Shown one piece after another: positions 19,730-29,301 of a DNA stretch of 64,000 nucleotides. Position 1 is the first letter of the stretch, and the number at the start of each line of letters is the position of its first letter. The position numbers and the translations under genes are program-made. This DNA comes from an uncultured delta proteobacterium (lineage in GTDB: Bacteria; Desulfobacterota; Syntrophorhabdia; Syntrophorhabdales; WCHB1-27). The notes under the pieces were generated by a model, which worked only from the letters and a program-made list of their open reading frames with translations, had not been told where the DNA came from and made no database searches. The stretch spans positions 256,001-320,000 of the forward strand of contig CAWEPK010000008.1 of the NCBI GenBank assembly GCA_963810935.1, read 5' to 3'.

Positions 19730-20758
19730 TCAATGGGTCTTCAGGTAATCCTGGCAGAACTTGACCGCCTCTGCGCCCGGCAGACCCTTCGAATTCGACT
19801 CTTTAATGTACTCGTCGGACATGGGCTTAAGCTTAGCGCGCCATCTCTCCTGCTCAGCCGCTGAAAGGTTAACGATCTTCCCGCCCTTGGCAAGCAGCGC
19901 ATCCGTCCCTTCCTTGTCCGCTTCGTCCCAGTTCTTCGCGGCCTTCTCCACCCACTCCGTGTTGATCTGCTCGATAATTTTCTGGTCTTCGGCAGGGATC
20001 ATGTTCCATTTCTTCTTGCTCATGAAGATCATGGCCGCGTTCACGTGGGCCGAGCCGTACTGCGTTACGCTGGACAGGACCTCGGAGAGCTTCCACCCCT
20101 TCATGATCTCCAGGGGACCGACGACGCCGTTTACGACGCCGCGCGCCAGGGAGTCATACGCGTCGCCCATAGGCATGCCGACGGGCGCCCCGCCGAGGTG
20201 CTCGATGATCTTCGCGCTCGACCCGGTGGAGCGTATCTTCAAACCTTTCATCTCTTCCAGCTTCGTGATGGGCTTTTTCGTGCAAAGCTGCTGCGGACCG
20301 GCCGTGTAAAAGAACATGATCTTCGCGTCATCGAGCTCCTTCGGCTTGAACTTTGCGTAAAAAGCGTTCGTCAGGTGGTTGCCCTGGGTCGCGCTCTTGT
20401 AGCCGTAAGGCAGGTCGATCGTCTCCATCATCGGAAAACGTCCCTTCGTGTAAGAGACGAACGTGTCCCCCAGGTCGGCTATGCCTTTCCGGACGCTGTC
20501 GTAAACCTGCGTCGTCGGAGCGAGAATGCCGCCCGGGAAAAAGTCGACCTTGACCCTGCCATTAGTCCTCTTTTCCACCTCCTTGCTCCAGTCGGCCATC
20601 AACATGGCCATCCTGTGCGTGGCGGGGAACGTCGATTCGGAGAACTTGAGGACCACCTTGGGGCTTTCAGCGGATGCCGCCAAAGGACAGACGGCCATCG
20701 CAAAGAACGCCAGAAGGGCGATCATTACCTGGATTGCCACAATACGCTTGTTCATCAC
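19730..20758 (-). CDS. dctP: TRAP substrate-binding protein
   Basis: Signal peptide, VEKRTNGRV, KGLKIR, YDSLARGVV. Confidence 0.92.
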   Translation of the reverse strand: MMNKRIVAIQVMIALLAFFAMAVCPLAASAESPKVVLKFSESTFPATHRMAMLMADWSKEVEKRTNGRVKVDFFPGGILAPTTQVYDSVRKGIADLGDTFVSYTKGRFPMMETIDLPYGYKSATQGNHLTNAFYAKFKPKELDDAKIMFFYTAGPQQLCTKKPITKLEEMKGLKIRSTGSSAKIIEHLGGAPVGMPMGDAYDSLARGVVNGVVGPLEIMKGWKLSEVLSSVTQYGSAHVNAAMIFMSKKKWNMIPAEDQKIIEQINTEWVEKAAKNWDEADKEGTDALLAKGGKIVNLSAAEQERWRAKLKPMSDEYIKESNSKGLPGAEAVKFCQDYLKTH

Positions 20759-20833
20759 GTACCTCCCGTGTTTAAGATTCTACCTGTTTCCTTTTCGCAA
20801 ACTACCCGTTTGAAACGCGGGTGGGTCCCAACG

Positions 20834-21400
20834 TCATAACCGTTTATATGAATACATGACGGCCAGCACCCTCGCCCTCTTCTTGCCGACGCTTTTCCCG
20901 CTGTGCGGGACGGACGAATCGAAATAGATGCTGTCCCCTTTGCGGAGGGTATACGTCTTGTCTCCGTAAACAAACTCGTGGGTCCCCTCCAGCACGTACA
21001 TGAACTCCTCCCCCTCGTGGGAGAAGACCGCCTCTTCGTCGAAGGCCGGGGCAATCAGGTAGGGCTCCATGTTCTTGCCCGTCTTTTTGTACGCGAGGGA
21101 GTCGTACTCGTAGCGCCCCGCCGCTGTTTTTGCGGTCGTGTTCTCCCTCTCGTCCGCACGGACGATGCACAGCTTCGTATCGCTCGGGACCTGCGTTTCC
21201 GCCGATATAAGTAACATGAGGTCCACTCCCAGACCGCGGGCTATTTTACCGAGCGTCGAAAATGGGGGGGCTTTATCGGAATTCTCGATTTTAGACAGGT
21301 AGCCTTTCGTCAGCCCGCTTGACTTTGCGAGCCGTTCCAGCGAAATCCCCTCGCCCAACCTTACCTTCCTGATATTCCCGGCTATCTGCTTTTCGTTCAT
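20834..21400 (-). CDS. XRE-family HTH + cupin regulator
   Basis: LAKSSGLTKGYLSKIEN; HEGEEFMYVLEG, GDSIYFDS..PH. Confidence 0.93.
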   Translation of the reverse strand: MNEKQIAGNIRKVRLGEGISLERLAKSSGLTKGYLSKIENSDKAPPFSTLGKIARGLGVDLMLLISAETQVPSDTKLCIVRADERENTTAKTAAGRYEYDSLAYKKTGKNMEPYLIAPAFDEEAVFSHEGEEFMYVLEGTHEFVYGDKTYTLRKGDSIYFDSSVPHSGKSVGKKRARVLAVMYSYKRL

Positions 21401-21430
21401 CCGCTTTTTTCTTTAACGTGCGTTGCTGGT

Positions 21431-21459
21431 ATGGTATCCTTACTGGAAACTTCTGTCAA
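21431..21459 (-). promoter_or_regulatory. Promoter of the XRE regulator with overlapping palindromic operator
   Basis: TTGACA-17-TACCAT on minus; GTATCC-N5-GGAAAC at 21434-21450. Confidence 0.55.
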
Positions 21460-21494
21460 GAATATTTGTTCGGGGAAGGAGGCGGCGACCCATT

Positions 21495-22295
21495 ATGATG
21501 AGACTGAACGACAAGGTGGCAATCGTGACGGGCGGGGGACATGGCATAGGCAGGGCAATAGCGGCCGCCTACGCGTCCGAAGGGGCGTCGGTCGTAATAT
21601 CCGGGCGGGACGTCGGGCGCCTCGCGCAAACCGCAGGCGAGTTGGCCGCAACAGGCGCAAGGGTAAAGGCGGTCAAGGCCGATATCTCCGTCGAGGCGGA
21701 CGCGCGGAAACTCGTGGATGAAGCGGTGGCGGCCTTCGGCAGGATCGACATCCTCGTCAACAATGCGGCGGTTACGGGACCTGTCCTCCCCGTGTCGCAG
21801 ATGGATATAGCCGCATGGACGGAGACGCTCGCGACGAACGTCACCGGCACCATGCTCTGCGCCCGCGAGGCTCTGCGGTACATGATCCCGCAAAAAAGCG
21901 GCGTTATCGTCAATATGTCTTCAGAGGGCGGCAGGGGCGCGGACGGCCGCGCAGGCTACCCCAACAGGAGCGCCTACTGCTCTTCCAAGATAGCGATCAT
22001 AGGATTGACGGAGACGTTAGCCGTGGAGGTGGGACAGTTCGGCATTCGCGTCAACGCCATCAGCCCCGCCGGGGTCATGGGAGAGCGCATCAGAACGATC
22101 ATGACCAACAGGGCAGCCGCCATGGGTATCACGATGGAGGAGCTGGTCAGCCGCCACGTGTCGAACTATTCCCTCGGCAGGATGGCCGAGGAATCGGAGA
22201 TAGCGGCAGTTGCAGTATTTCTGGCCTCCAATGAATCATCCGCAATAACGGGCCAGACAATCGTGGCGAACTGCGGGCAGCATATAGTTCACTAG
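21495..22295 (+). CDS. SDR-family oxidoreductase
   Basis: TGGGHGIG, NNA, YCSSK. Confidence 0.93.
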   Translation: MMRLNDKVAIVTGGGHGIGRAIAAAYASEGASVVISGRDVGRLAQTAGELAATGARVKAVKADISVEADARKLVDEAVAAFGRIDILVNNAAVTGPVLPVSQMDIAAWTETLATNVTGTMLCAREALRYMIPQKSGVIVNMSSEGGRGADGRAGYPNRSAYCSSKIAIIGLTETLAVEVGQFGIRVNAISPAGVMGERIRTIMTNRAAAMGITMEELVSRHVSNYSLGRMAEESEIAAVAVFLASNESSAITGQTIVANCGQHIVH

Positions 22296-22380
22296 AGAAT
22301 AAGGCCGGAGTCTTCTCGCGTCCGTTCCGTTATATATGCTACGCCGCCTCTTCCTTTCTCCGAGGCGCGCGTGCACCTTG

Positions 22381-23646
22381 CTAGAGCGGCTCGTAATGGT
22401 ACTTCGAGGCGATATACGCCATCGACTCGTCGATGGCTGCCGCCGTCTGGTTCAGATCGTCTTCGGTGTGGCGGTAGCTGATATATCCGTGATGGTGGGG
22501 GGTAAGGAAAATCCCCCGCCGGATAAGCTGCGTGTAGAAGTCCGTCCGCCTGCCCTTCTGCGTTTCTCCCTTGTCCTTCTTGAAGGTGACGAAGAACATC
22601 GGCGCCAGGCCGGACAATTCGGCCCCGGTCTCGTATTTGTCGATGGTCGCCTGTATTTTCTTCAGGAACCGGCCGCCCTTCTCCCATATACCGGCGATCA
22701 CCTTTTCGCGCTCCATTACCTCGATGGTCTTCAGGGCCGCGATGTAGCCGTCGCTGTTGGGGAAGAACGTGCTCGATATAAAGAGCTTCTGCGACGCGGC
22801 CATCATCACATCGGCCTTTCCTGTGACTACGCTGATCGCGTACCCGTTCGCCATGCCTTTACCGAGCACGGTAAGGTCGGGCGTTACGCCGTATAGCTCC
22901 TGCGCTCCGCCCATGGCGAGCCTGAAACATGTGCGGACCTCGTCGAAGACGAGCACGGCCCCGTATTTGTCTGCAAGCGCCCTCACCCCTTCGAGGAAGC
23001 CCGGCGCCGGCTCCGCCATCTTCTGATGGAGCGCGTGGCCGAACGGCGTCATGATGATCGCCGCAGTCTGGTCGCCGTATTTCGCCATCAGCTCTTCGAG
23101 GGACGCGAGGTTGTTGTAATGGAACTCGTGCACGTCCTCATAGAGCTTAGCGGGGATGCCGCCCTTCATCTCTACCGACCAGTCATGCCAGCCGTGGTAG
23201 CCGCTCCGCATGACCTTCAGCTTGCCCGTGTACGCACGGGCGATGCGGATGCTTGCCGTAGTCGCGTCGGAGCCCGTCTTGAGGAAGATGCTCATTTCCG
23301 ATGATGGGACAATCCCGGTCAGCTTTTCGGCAAGTGTATTCTGGTGCCTCTGGGTCAGGGTGAAGCAGAAACCCTTGTCTTTTATCTGACTGATGACCGC
23401 ATCATCGACCTCGTCTTCCCTGTAGCCCAGGATGATCGGCCCGTACCCGCAGAGGAAGTCGATATATTCGTTGCCGTCCACGTCCGTCAGGTGGGCGCCC
23501 TTGCCCGACTCAAGGAAAATCGGGTACTCCCCCTCGATGAAGTCGCCAGGCTTTCTCGCTCCCAACACACCGCCCGGCACCACCTTCTTTGCCTGTTCGA
23601 AATACTCCAGGCTTTTCGTGATGTTCAGTTTTCCGGCTTCTTTCAT
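22381..23646 (-). CDS. Class III PLP aminotransferase, GSA-aminomutase-like; resembles acyl-CoA beta-transaminase Kat
   Basis: DVDGNEYID, TGSDAT, GYHGWHD, FDEVRT, PDLTVLGKGMANG, SSTFFPNSDG. Confidence 0.85.
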   Translation of the reverse strand: MKEAGKLNITKSLEYFEQAKKVVPGGVLGARKPGDFIEGEYPIFLESGKGAHLTDVDGNEYIDFLCGYGPIILGYREDEVDDAVISQIKDKGFCFTLTQRHQNTLAEKLTGIVPSSEMSIFLKTGSDATTASIRIARAYTGKLKVMRSGYHGWHDWSVEMKGGIPAKLYEDVHEFHYNNLASLEELMAKYGDQTAAIIMTPFGHALHQKMAEPAPGFLEGVRALADKYGAVLVFDEVRTCFRLAMGGAQELYGVTPDLTVLGKGMANGYAISVVTGKADVMMAASQKLFISSTFFPNSDGYIAALKTIEVMEREKVIAGIWEKGGRFLKKIQATIDKYETGAELSGLAPMFFVTFKKDKGETQKGRRTDFYTQLIRRGIFLTPHHHGYISYRHTEDDLNQTAAAIDESMAYIASKYHYEPL

Positions 23647-23689
23647 GAGAGAATACCCCCTTCTGCCGAGACCGCGAAACGCGGGCCCT

Positions 23690-24835
23690 CTAAATTTCCA
23701 GCATTGACGAAACGCTCTCCGTCTGGTGTATGCGCGCGCCCCGGCTCATCAGGGCGGCGAGGAATTTCTCCGGGTTGATGCAGCCCTCCGGGGCCACCAC
23801 GCCCTTCACGTTTACGTCGCCCGCACGCATCATCAGCGCGGCAATGGAAGCGGGGAGTCCCGTTCCCGGCGCCATCCTGCCCACGATGTCGGCCGTGTAC
23901 GTAACGCGCTTGCCCCCCCTGTCCCCTTTTACTATCACCTTCAGGCCGGACGCCGCCGGCCCCTTGTCCCTGCTTTGCGGGATCGAGCCCCAGACCCGCA
24001 GGGTCAGGTCATAGGGGACCACTTTAACCCCTTTGACGTCTACCGGCTCGGTGCTCAAAAACCCGGTATCTTTCTGCTCCTTGATGAGGTCGTCAACCCA
24101 GGTGGGTATAAGTGCGCCTTTTATGACGACCCTTTTAACATCCTTTATATATCTTGGAATGGTGAGCGGCTGCGGATGGCCCACGTAACGGACCCGGCAC
24201 ACGCCGAGGGGTTCCAGAAAAGTATCGGTCTCCTCTCCCGTCCCGCCTTCGACGTACTCCAGTTTCCCGTCAAGAAACTGGGGGACCATGCCCGTGATCA
24301 TGTGAAGGCTGTGGTCCCAGGCCGCGCCCTCGGAGAGGTCGGCAATGGCCACCACCCAGTAAAGAGCGACTTCATCGACCCTGTCCAACCGGTCCGCGTA
24401 ATATTTGACGATCACGTTGTTCGTGCCCGGGTCGGAGCCCATGCCCGTGAGCACCGTTATCCCCGCATCCCGCGCCGCGGCATCGATCTCGGAGGCGAAA
24501 AGGATCTCCGTGCCCTGGTAATCGTCGCAGATATCGATATAGTTGACGCGCGCCTCGACTGCCGCCTTCGCAACGGGCACGGCTGTCTTGTAGAACGGCC
24601 CTGCGCAGTTTATCACTACGTCGGCTTCTTTGATAGCCGCGACGAGGCCCGCGTGATCGTTCACGTCGACCTTTCTGAGTGATACCTTGTCGCTGGCGCG
24701 GAGTTTCGGCTGCACCCTTTCCGGGTCGATGGCGATGTCCCCCAGGACAACGCTTTTTACTTGCTCCTGCTTGATCAGATCACGGGCCACCCCCTGGCCC
24801 ATGGCCCCTGTGCCGCCAAGCACCAATGTCTGCAT
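23690..24835 (-). CDS. Saccharopine dehydrogenase / lysine 6-dehydrogenase family oxidoreductase
   Basis: LGGTGAMG, NCAGPFY, YIDICDD, GMGSDPG, HPQP, GVVAPE. Confidence 0.9.
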   Translation of the reverse strand: MQTLVLGGTGAMGQGVARDLIKQEQVKSVVLGDIAIDPERVQPKLRASDKVSLRKVDVNDHAGLVAAIKEADVVINCAGPFYKTAVPVAKAAVEARVNYIDICDDYQGTEILFASEIDAAARDAGITVLTGMGSDPGTNNVIVKYYADRLDRVDEVALYWVVAIADLSEGAAWDHSLHMITGMVPQFLDGKLEYVEGGTGEETDTFLEPLGVCRVRYVGHPQPLTIPRYIKDVKRVVIKGALIPTWVDDLIKEQKDTGFLSTEPVDVKGVKVVPYDLTLRVWGSIPQSRDKGPAASGLKVIVKGDRGGKRVTYTADIVGRMAPGTGLPASIAALMMRAGDVNVKGVVAPEGCINPEKFLAALMSRGARIHQTESVSSMLEI

Positions 24836-24900
24836 GACCCCTCCCGCCTTTGTTGGATTAACCGTACCGAAGGAATAACACGCCTTCCGAATACGATACT

Positions 24901-24935
24901 GTATACTGTATACGAAAAATCCGATTGCATGTCAA
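24901..24935 (-). promoter_or_regulatory. sigma70 promoter whose -10 is overlapped by operator GTATACTGTATAC (site 3)
   Basis: TTGACA (24935-24930), 17 nt, TATACA (24912-24907); palindrome at 24901-24913. Confidence 0.75.
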
Positions 24936-25542
24936 GAAAAGAAGATAAGTGCAAGCCATACGCCGCGCAAGCGCCCCGCACGCGCCTTTGTCTTCCGGGC
25001 AACAAAAAAACCTTTGCCGGGACGCTGCATGGCCACCGCAAAGGTTCCGACGTACGATAAGGCCGCCCCAAAAACGGTCAGCGGCACTGGAGCCCCCCTG
25101 CATTGCAGGTCAGCCCGTGCCGCTGAGCCTAGTTCCGCTCCCCCTTCACCCCCGAAAAATAGACTTTACGAACATATCTATACTTTGTCAACGAAATAAT
25201 TTAGGTAGACCCCGCGTCATCGCAAGTAAGCGAGATTATTGACCCACAGTCCGCTCCTTCCGCGATGACTGTATTTATTACCGCACACATGCGCCTAATT
25301 TCACAATCTTCCCTTTTCCAAAAGGCCGCTATAGCCGCTAAGCAAGCGCCCTTCTTCCCTCCGTCGCATTGATGGCTCAAATCCGGCGTGGCGATTTTAA
25401 GGGATCGCTTGTGAGCATTTTCACACGACATTTTTCTCCCTTCCCGCTCTTCGGGCGATTTAGACAGACGGGCTGCCCGTTTTTCTATAAGCGGCCGGAT
25501 GAGTTATAATAGACAACATAGCGGCGCCTCGAGAGGGAAAAA

Positions 25543-26270
25543 GTGGCAAACAAGGATGCGGAGTATAAGAGCGGCTGCGCTTTCTGCGGAAAAGAGATCG
25601 TTTACTCGGGTAGCCCGCGCGAGCTTCCCTGTGTTTTCTGCGGCCGCGTTTTCACCACCGAGGCCGCATGCGTTGAAGGTCATTTCGTGTGCGACGCATG
25701 CCATTCCCTGCCGGCAGGCGACGCGACGGAACGCCTGGCCGTAACAAGCGCTTCCATCAATCCCCTCGGCATGGCTGTAACCCTGATGAAAAATCCCGCC
25801 GTCAAGATGCACGGGCCGGAGCACCATTTCCTCGTCCCGGCAGTCCTCATTTCCGCCTTCTGCAACGCGTCCGGCCGCCAGGGCCAGAAGAGGCAATGAT
25901 CGCCAAAGCGCGGCAGCGGGCGGAACACGTCCTGGGCGGGTTCTGCGGGTTCTATGGCGATTGCGGCGCGGCGGTCGGCACGGGTATATTCGTAAGCGTG
26001 GTAACCGGCGCAACACCGCTGTCGAAAAAGGAATGGAGGCTTGCGAACCTGATGACTGCCCGCAGCCTCCTTATAATCGCAGAGGCCGGCGGGCCGCGCT
26101 GCTGTAAGCGCAACTCCTTCCTCGCCATATCGGAGGCCGTCCGCTTTTCGGAAGAGGAGTTACGCGTCCGGATGGAGTCCGGGCCTGCCTCGATTAACTG
26201 CGAGTTCCACGACCTGAACAAGGAATGCAGGAAGTCCGCGTGCCCGTTCTATCCGCACGCGTCTATATAG
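25543..26270 (+). CDS. Cys-rich DUF5714-like protein, frameshifted at about 25890
   Basis: CAFC, CVFC, CDACH, MHGPEHH in the first frame; GGFCGFYGDCGAAVG, GGPRCCKR, CPFY in the second. Confidence 0.75.
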
Positions 26271-26324
26271 GAAACCCGGTGCCGTCGAGAAAAGCCGCCT
26301 TCCTTGACAGGTCCAACATTCTTC

Positions 26325-26353
26325 TTGACAATAAATTAGCCTGATCGTAATCT
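26325..26353 (+). promoter_or_regulatory. sigma70 promoter of the FadR/Liv/XDH operon
   Basis: TTGACA-17-TAATCT. Confidence 0.5.
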
Positions 26354-26414
26354 TTGCAATCATTATATATGTTTTCACCCTCTACCAATCGAGCAACACT
26401 ATCCGGGTGCAGCG

Positions 26415-27146
26415 ATGTTCAGTGCCGTAAGGTTCAATAAGGTCTCGCAGCAGATAATCTCTCAGATACGGGGCCGTATCCTGGAAGGCAGGCTCTCTCC
26501 GGGCGACAGGCTGCCCTCCGAAGGCGCGCTCATGGAAGAATTCCAGGTGAGCAAGCAGACATTGAGAGAGGCCCTGCGCGCACTGGAATACATGGGGCTT
26601 ATCGAGGTCAGGAAGGGCGTCCAGGGAGGCCCGTACATTGTCGAAGTGGATGCCGGTATCACGAAGGACGTCCTCACTAATTTCCTCTACTTCAAGAACC
26701 TTTCCGTCGCGAGCCTGTCGGAGGTAAGGAAGCTCATCGACCCTTACGCCGCAGGCAGGGCAGCGCGGCTAATGGGCAAGCCGGATTTTGACAGGCTGGC
26801 CGAGGTTATAAGAATCTCCAGGGACGCCCGGCCGGACGACTATTCGGTGGACCTGGCCGAGAACGACCTCAATTTTCACCGTATCATCGCCTCTTCTGCG
26901 GGCAACCCCATCCTCGAACTGGTGGTCGACCTCGTGGAATCGCTGCTCGGCGATCTGAAAAGCATGATGAAGCCCGACTCGGGTTTCTCCCTCGCCGTGC
27001 TTCTGGCCCACGAGCGCATCTTCAAGGCAATCGAGGCGAAGGATGAAGGGCGCGCGTCTGCGGAGATGTACGAGCACGTAGTCCGTGTGGAAGAAGAGTT
27101 GGCAAAGCTGGAAGACAGGGCCGGCCTCTGGCGCAGAAAGAGATAG
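26415..27146 (+). CDS. FadR/GntR-family regulator
   Basis: PGDRLPSE, SKQTLREAL, FHRIIA..GN, HERI. Confidence 0.93.
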   Translation: MFSAVRFNKVSQQIISQIRGRILEGRLSPGDRLPSEGALMEEFQVSKQTLREALRALEYMGLIEVRKGVQGGPYIVEVDAGITKDVLTNFLYFKNLSVASLSEVRKLIDPYAAGRAARLMGKPDFDRLAEVIRISRDARPDDYSVDLAENDLNFHRIIASSAGNPILELVVDLVESLLGDLKSMMKPDSGFSLAVLLAHERIFKAIEAKDEGRASAEMYEHVVRVEEELAKLEDRAGLWRRKR

Positions 27147-27209
27147 GAAAGGAGAACAAAATTACGGGGCAACGGGTGCAGGCCGGCACCAAACCATAAG
27201 GAGGGGCAG

Positions 27210-28463
27210 ATGTACACCAAGAAGGTCGTGGCAATCGTTCTGGCTGCAACGTTCCTGCTGCCGTTTCTCTCCGGCACGGGCTATTCGGCGGAAAAGCTGA
27301 CGAAAATAAAAGTCGGCCTTATGTTCGGCCTCACCGGCGCGGCCTCCCCTATCGGCCCGGTCCAGCTACGGGGGGCCAAGCTGGCTGTAAAGGAAATAAA
27401 CGAGAAAGGCGGCGTCAATTACGGCGGAAAGAAGCTGCCCCTCGAATATGTGGTGAAGGACGACGAAACGAAGCCCGACATCGCCATCCGCCGTTACAGG
27501 GAGCTGATGACGGAAGACAAGATACAGGGCCTCGTCGCAACGACGTTCGCCCCCATCGCGGCTGCCATCAACAAGGAAGTCGCGAAGAACCCGACCGTCT
27601 TCTTCTCCGCGTGCGTCTCCCCGATCAATATGTTCAAGAAGGACGAGCTTGCGGAATCGACCCTCGCCATCCTGGGCGACGCCTACTCCATCGGTTACTC
27701 GGGCGCTGCCTATATCATCAACAAGCTGGGCTACAAGAACATCTACCACTTCGCGCCCGCCTATGCTTTCGGCTGGGACCAGTATGCAGGGGCCAGGGAC
27801 GCGGTCAAGAAATACGGCGGCAAGATCGACTACATAGAGGCGCCGGTCGGCACTGCGGATTTCAGCTCGTACATCCTGAAGATCGCAGAAAAGAAGCCTG
27901 ACATCGTCATGATGTCCCAGTGGGGCGTCGATGCGATCAACGTGCTGAAACAGGCCAACGAGCTGGGCCTCAATAAGAAGACCAAGATATGGTTCGACTG
28001 GATGACCAACGTCTTCGGCAGCGGCGTACCCGGCGAGGCGCTTGAGAACGTTTACTCCCTTATGTACTGGTACTGGAATATGCAGGGATTCGACGACCCC
28101 GTCGTCGGCAAAGCGACGAAGGACTTCGACGCCAAGTACCGCAAAGAATATAACGACGTGCCCGACCCTTACGCGGCGGCTGCTTATATCGCGGTCAAGG
28201 AGTTTGTCAGGGGCATAGAGGTATCCCAGTCGGTCGATCCCAAGGTAGTGGTTGCGGCGCTCAAGAAGAACCCGAAATTCGACTCGATGAAGGGACCGGG
28301 CACCTGGAGGGCGGACGGTCATGCGCTCTTCAAGTACGGCGCGTTCGTAACTATCGGCAAGGGGGCGAAGGAAAGGAAGGAGAAGCAGGACCTGGTGAAG
28401 GTGATCGGCGCCTACACCGGCGAGGACTACCTGCCTACCTTACAGAGCCTCGGTTACAAGTAG
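27210..28463 (+). CDS. Liv-type ABC substrate-binding protein
   Basis: Signal peptide, LTGAAS, EINEKGG, DDETKP, YAFGW. Confidence 0.9.
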   Translation: MYTKKVVAIVLAATFLLPFLSGTGYSAEKLTKIKVGLMFGLTGAASPIGPVQLRGAKLAVKEINEKGGVNYGGKKLPLEYVVKDDETKPDIAIRRYRELMTEDKIQGLVATTFAPIAAAINKEVAKNPTVFFSACVSPINMFKKDELAESTLAILGDAYSIGYSGAAYIINKLGYKNIYHFAPAYAFGWDQYAGARDAVKKYGGKIDYIEAPVGTADFSSYILKIAEKKPDIVMMSQWGVDAINVLKQANELGLNKKTKIWFDWMTNVFGSGVPGEALENVYSLMYWYWNMQGFDDPVVGKATKDFDAKYRKEYNDVPDPYAAAAYIAVKEFVRGIEVSQSVDPKVVVAALKKNPKFDSMKGPGTWRADGHALFKYGAFVTIGKGAKERKEKQDLVKVIGAYTGEDYLPTLQSLGYK

Positions 28464-28473
28464 GATAACGCTG

Positions 28474-28507
28474 ACCGGGGAAGGGGCCCTCCCCTTCCCC
28501 GGTTTTT
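28474..28507 (+). terminator. Hairpin + U-tract after the binding protein gene
   Basis: ACCGGGGAAGGGG-loop-CCCCTTCCCCGGT-TTTT. Confidence 0.7.
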
Positions 28508-28530
28508 CGCACAAAAGAAAGTTGCAGTCT

Positions 28531-29301
28531 ATGACCGACATAGCAATCCGCACGAAAGGCATCACCAAGGAATTTGCCGGTCTGGTTGCGGTCAACAACG
28601 TGGACTGCGAGATACGCCGCAATGAGACAGTGGGCGTTATCGGCCCGAACGGCGCTGGCAAATCGACCTTCTTCAACCTGCTGACAGGCTATTTCATACC
28701 GGAGTCGGGCCGGATCGATTACTTTGATAAGGAGATCACGCGCGTCCCGCCGCACGAGCGCGTGGCCTTAGGCATCGTCCGGACGTTCCAACTCGTCTCC
28801 GTCTTCGATACCCTCACAGTCCTCGAAAACATGCTCCTCGCCCGTGTGCGCTTCGACGGCGCATACAGGCGCACGGACAGGTTCTTCCTGAAGTCCCTTT
28901 CACGGAGCACGCAGACGGTCTTCTGCATGGAGGCGCTGGACGCCATAGGCATAGCCAACAAGGCGCACGTCAAGGTCTCCCAACTCTCCTACGGCAAGAA
29001 AAGGGAGCTGGAGATTGCCATTGCCATGACGATGGACCCGACTGTCCTCCTTCTTGACGAGCCGCTGGCGGGCCTCTCGATGGTGGAGATCACCGAGATA
29101 GTCAATATCATCAGGGGACTTAAGGGCAAGATGACGATAGTGCTCGTTGAACACAAGATATCGAAGGTCCTGGACCTCGTGGAAAGGCTCTATGTAATGC
29201 ACGAGGGGCAGGTCATCACGTGCGGCGAGCCGAACGCGGTGATATGCGACCCGGCCGTCAAGCAGTGCTACTTCGGCAAGGAAGACGCAGTATGCTATTG
29301 A
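28531..29301 (+). CDS. livG: ABC ATPase, LivG-like
   Basis: GPNGAGKST, LSYG, LLLDEP, VEH. Confidence 0.9.
   Translation: MTDIAIRTKGITKEFAGLVAVNNVDCEIRRNETVGVIGPNGAGKSTFFNLLTGYFIPESGRIDYFDKEITRVPPHERVALGIVRTFQLVSVFDTLTVLENMLLARVRFDGAYRRTDRFFLKSLSRSTQTVFCMEALDAIGIANKAHVKVSQLSYGKKRELEIAIAMTMDPTVLLLDEPLAGLSMVEITEIVNIIRGLKGKMTIVLVEHKISKVLDLVERLYVMHEGQVITCGEPNAVICDPAVKQCYFGKEDAVCY

Noticed and set aside
22381..23646. hemL
   Set aside because: No tetrapyrrole context; motifs fit a different class III subgroup
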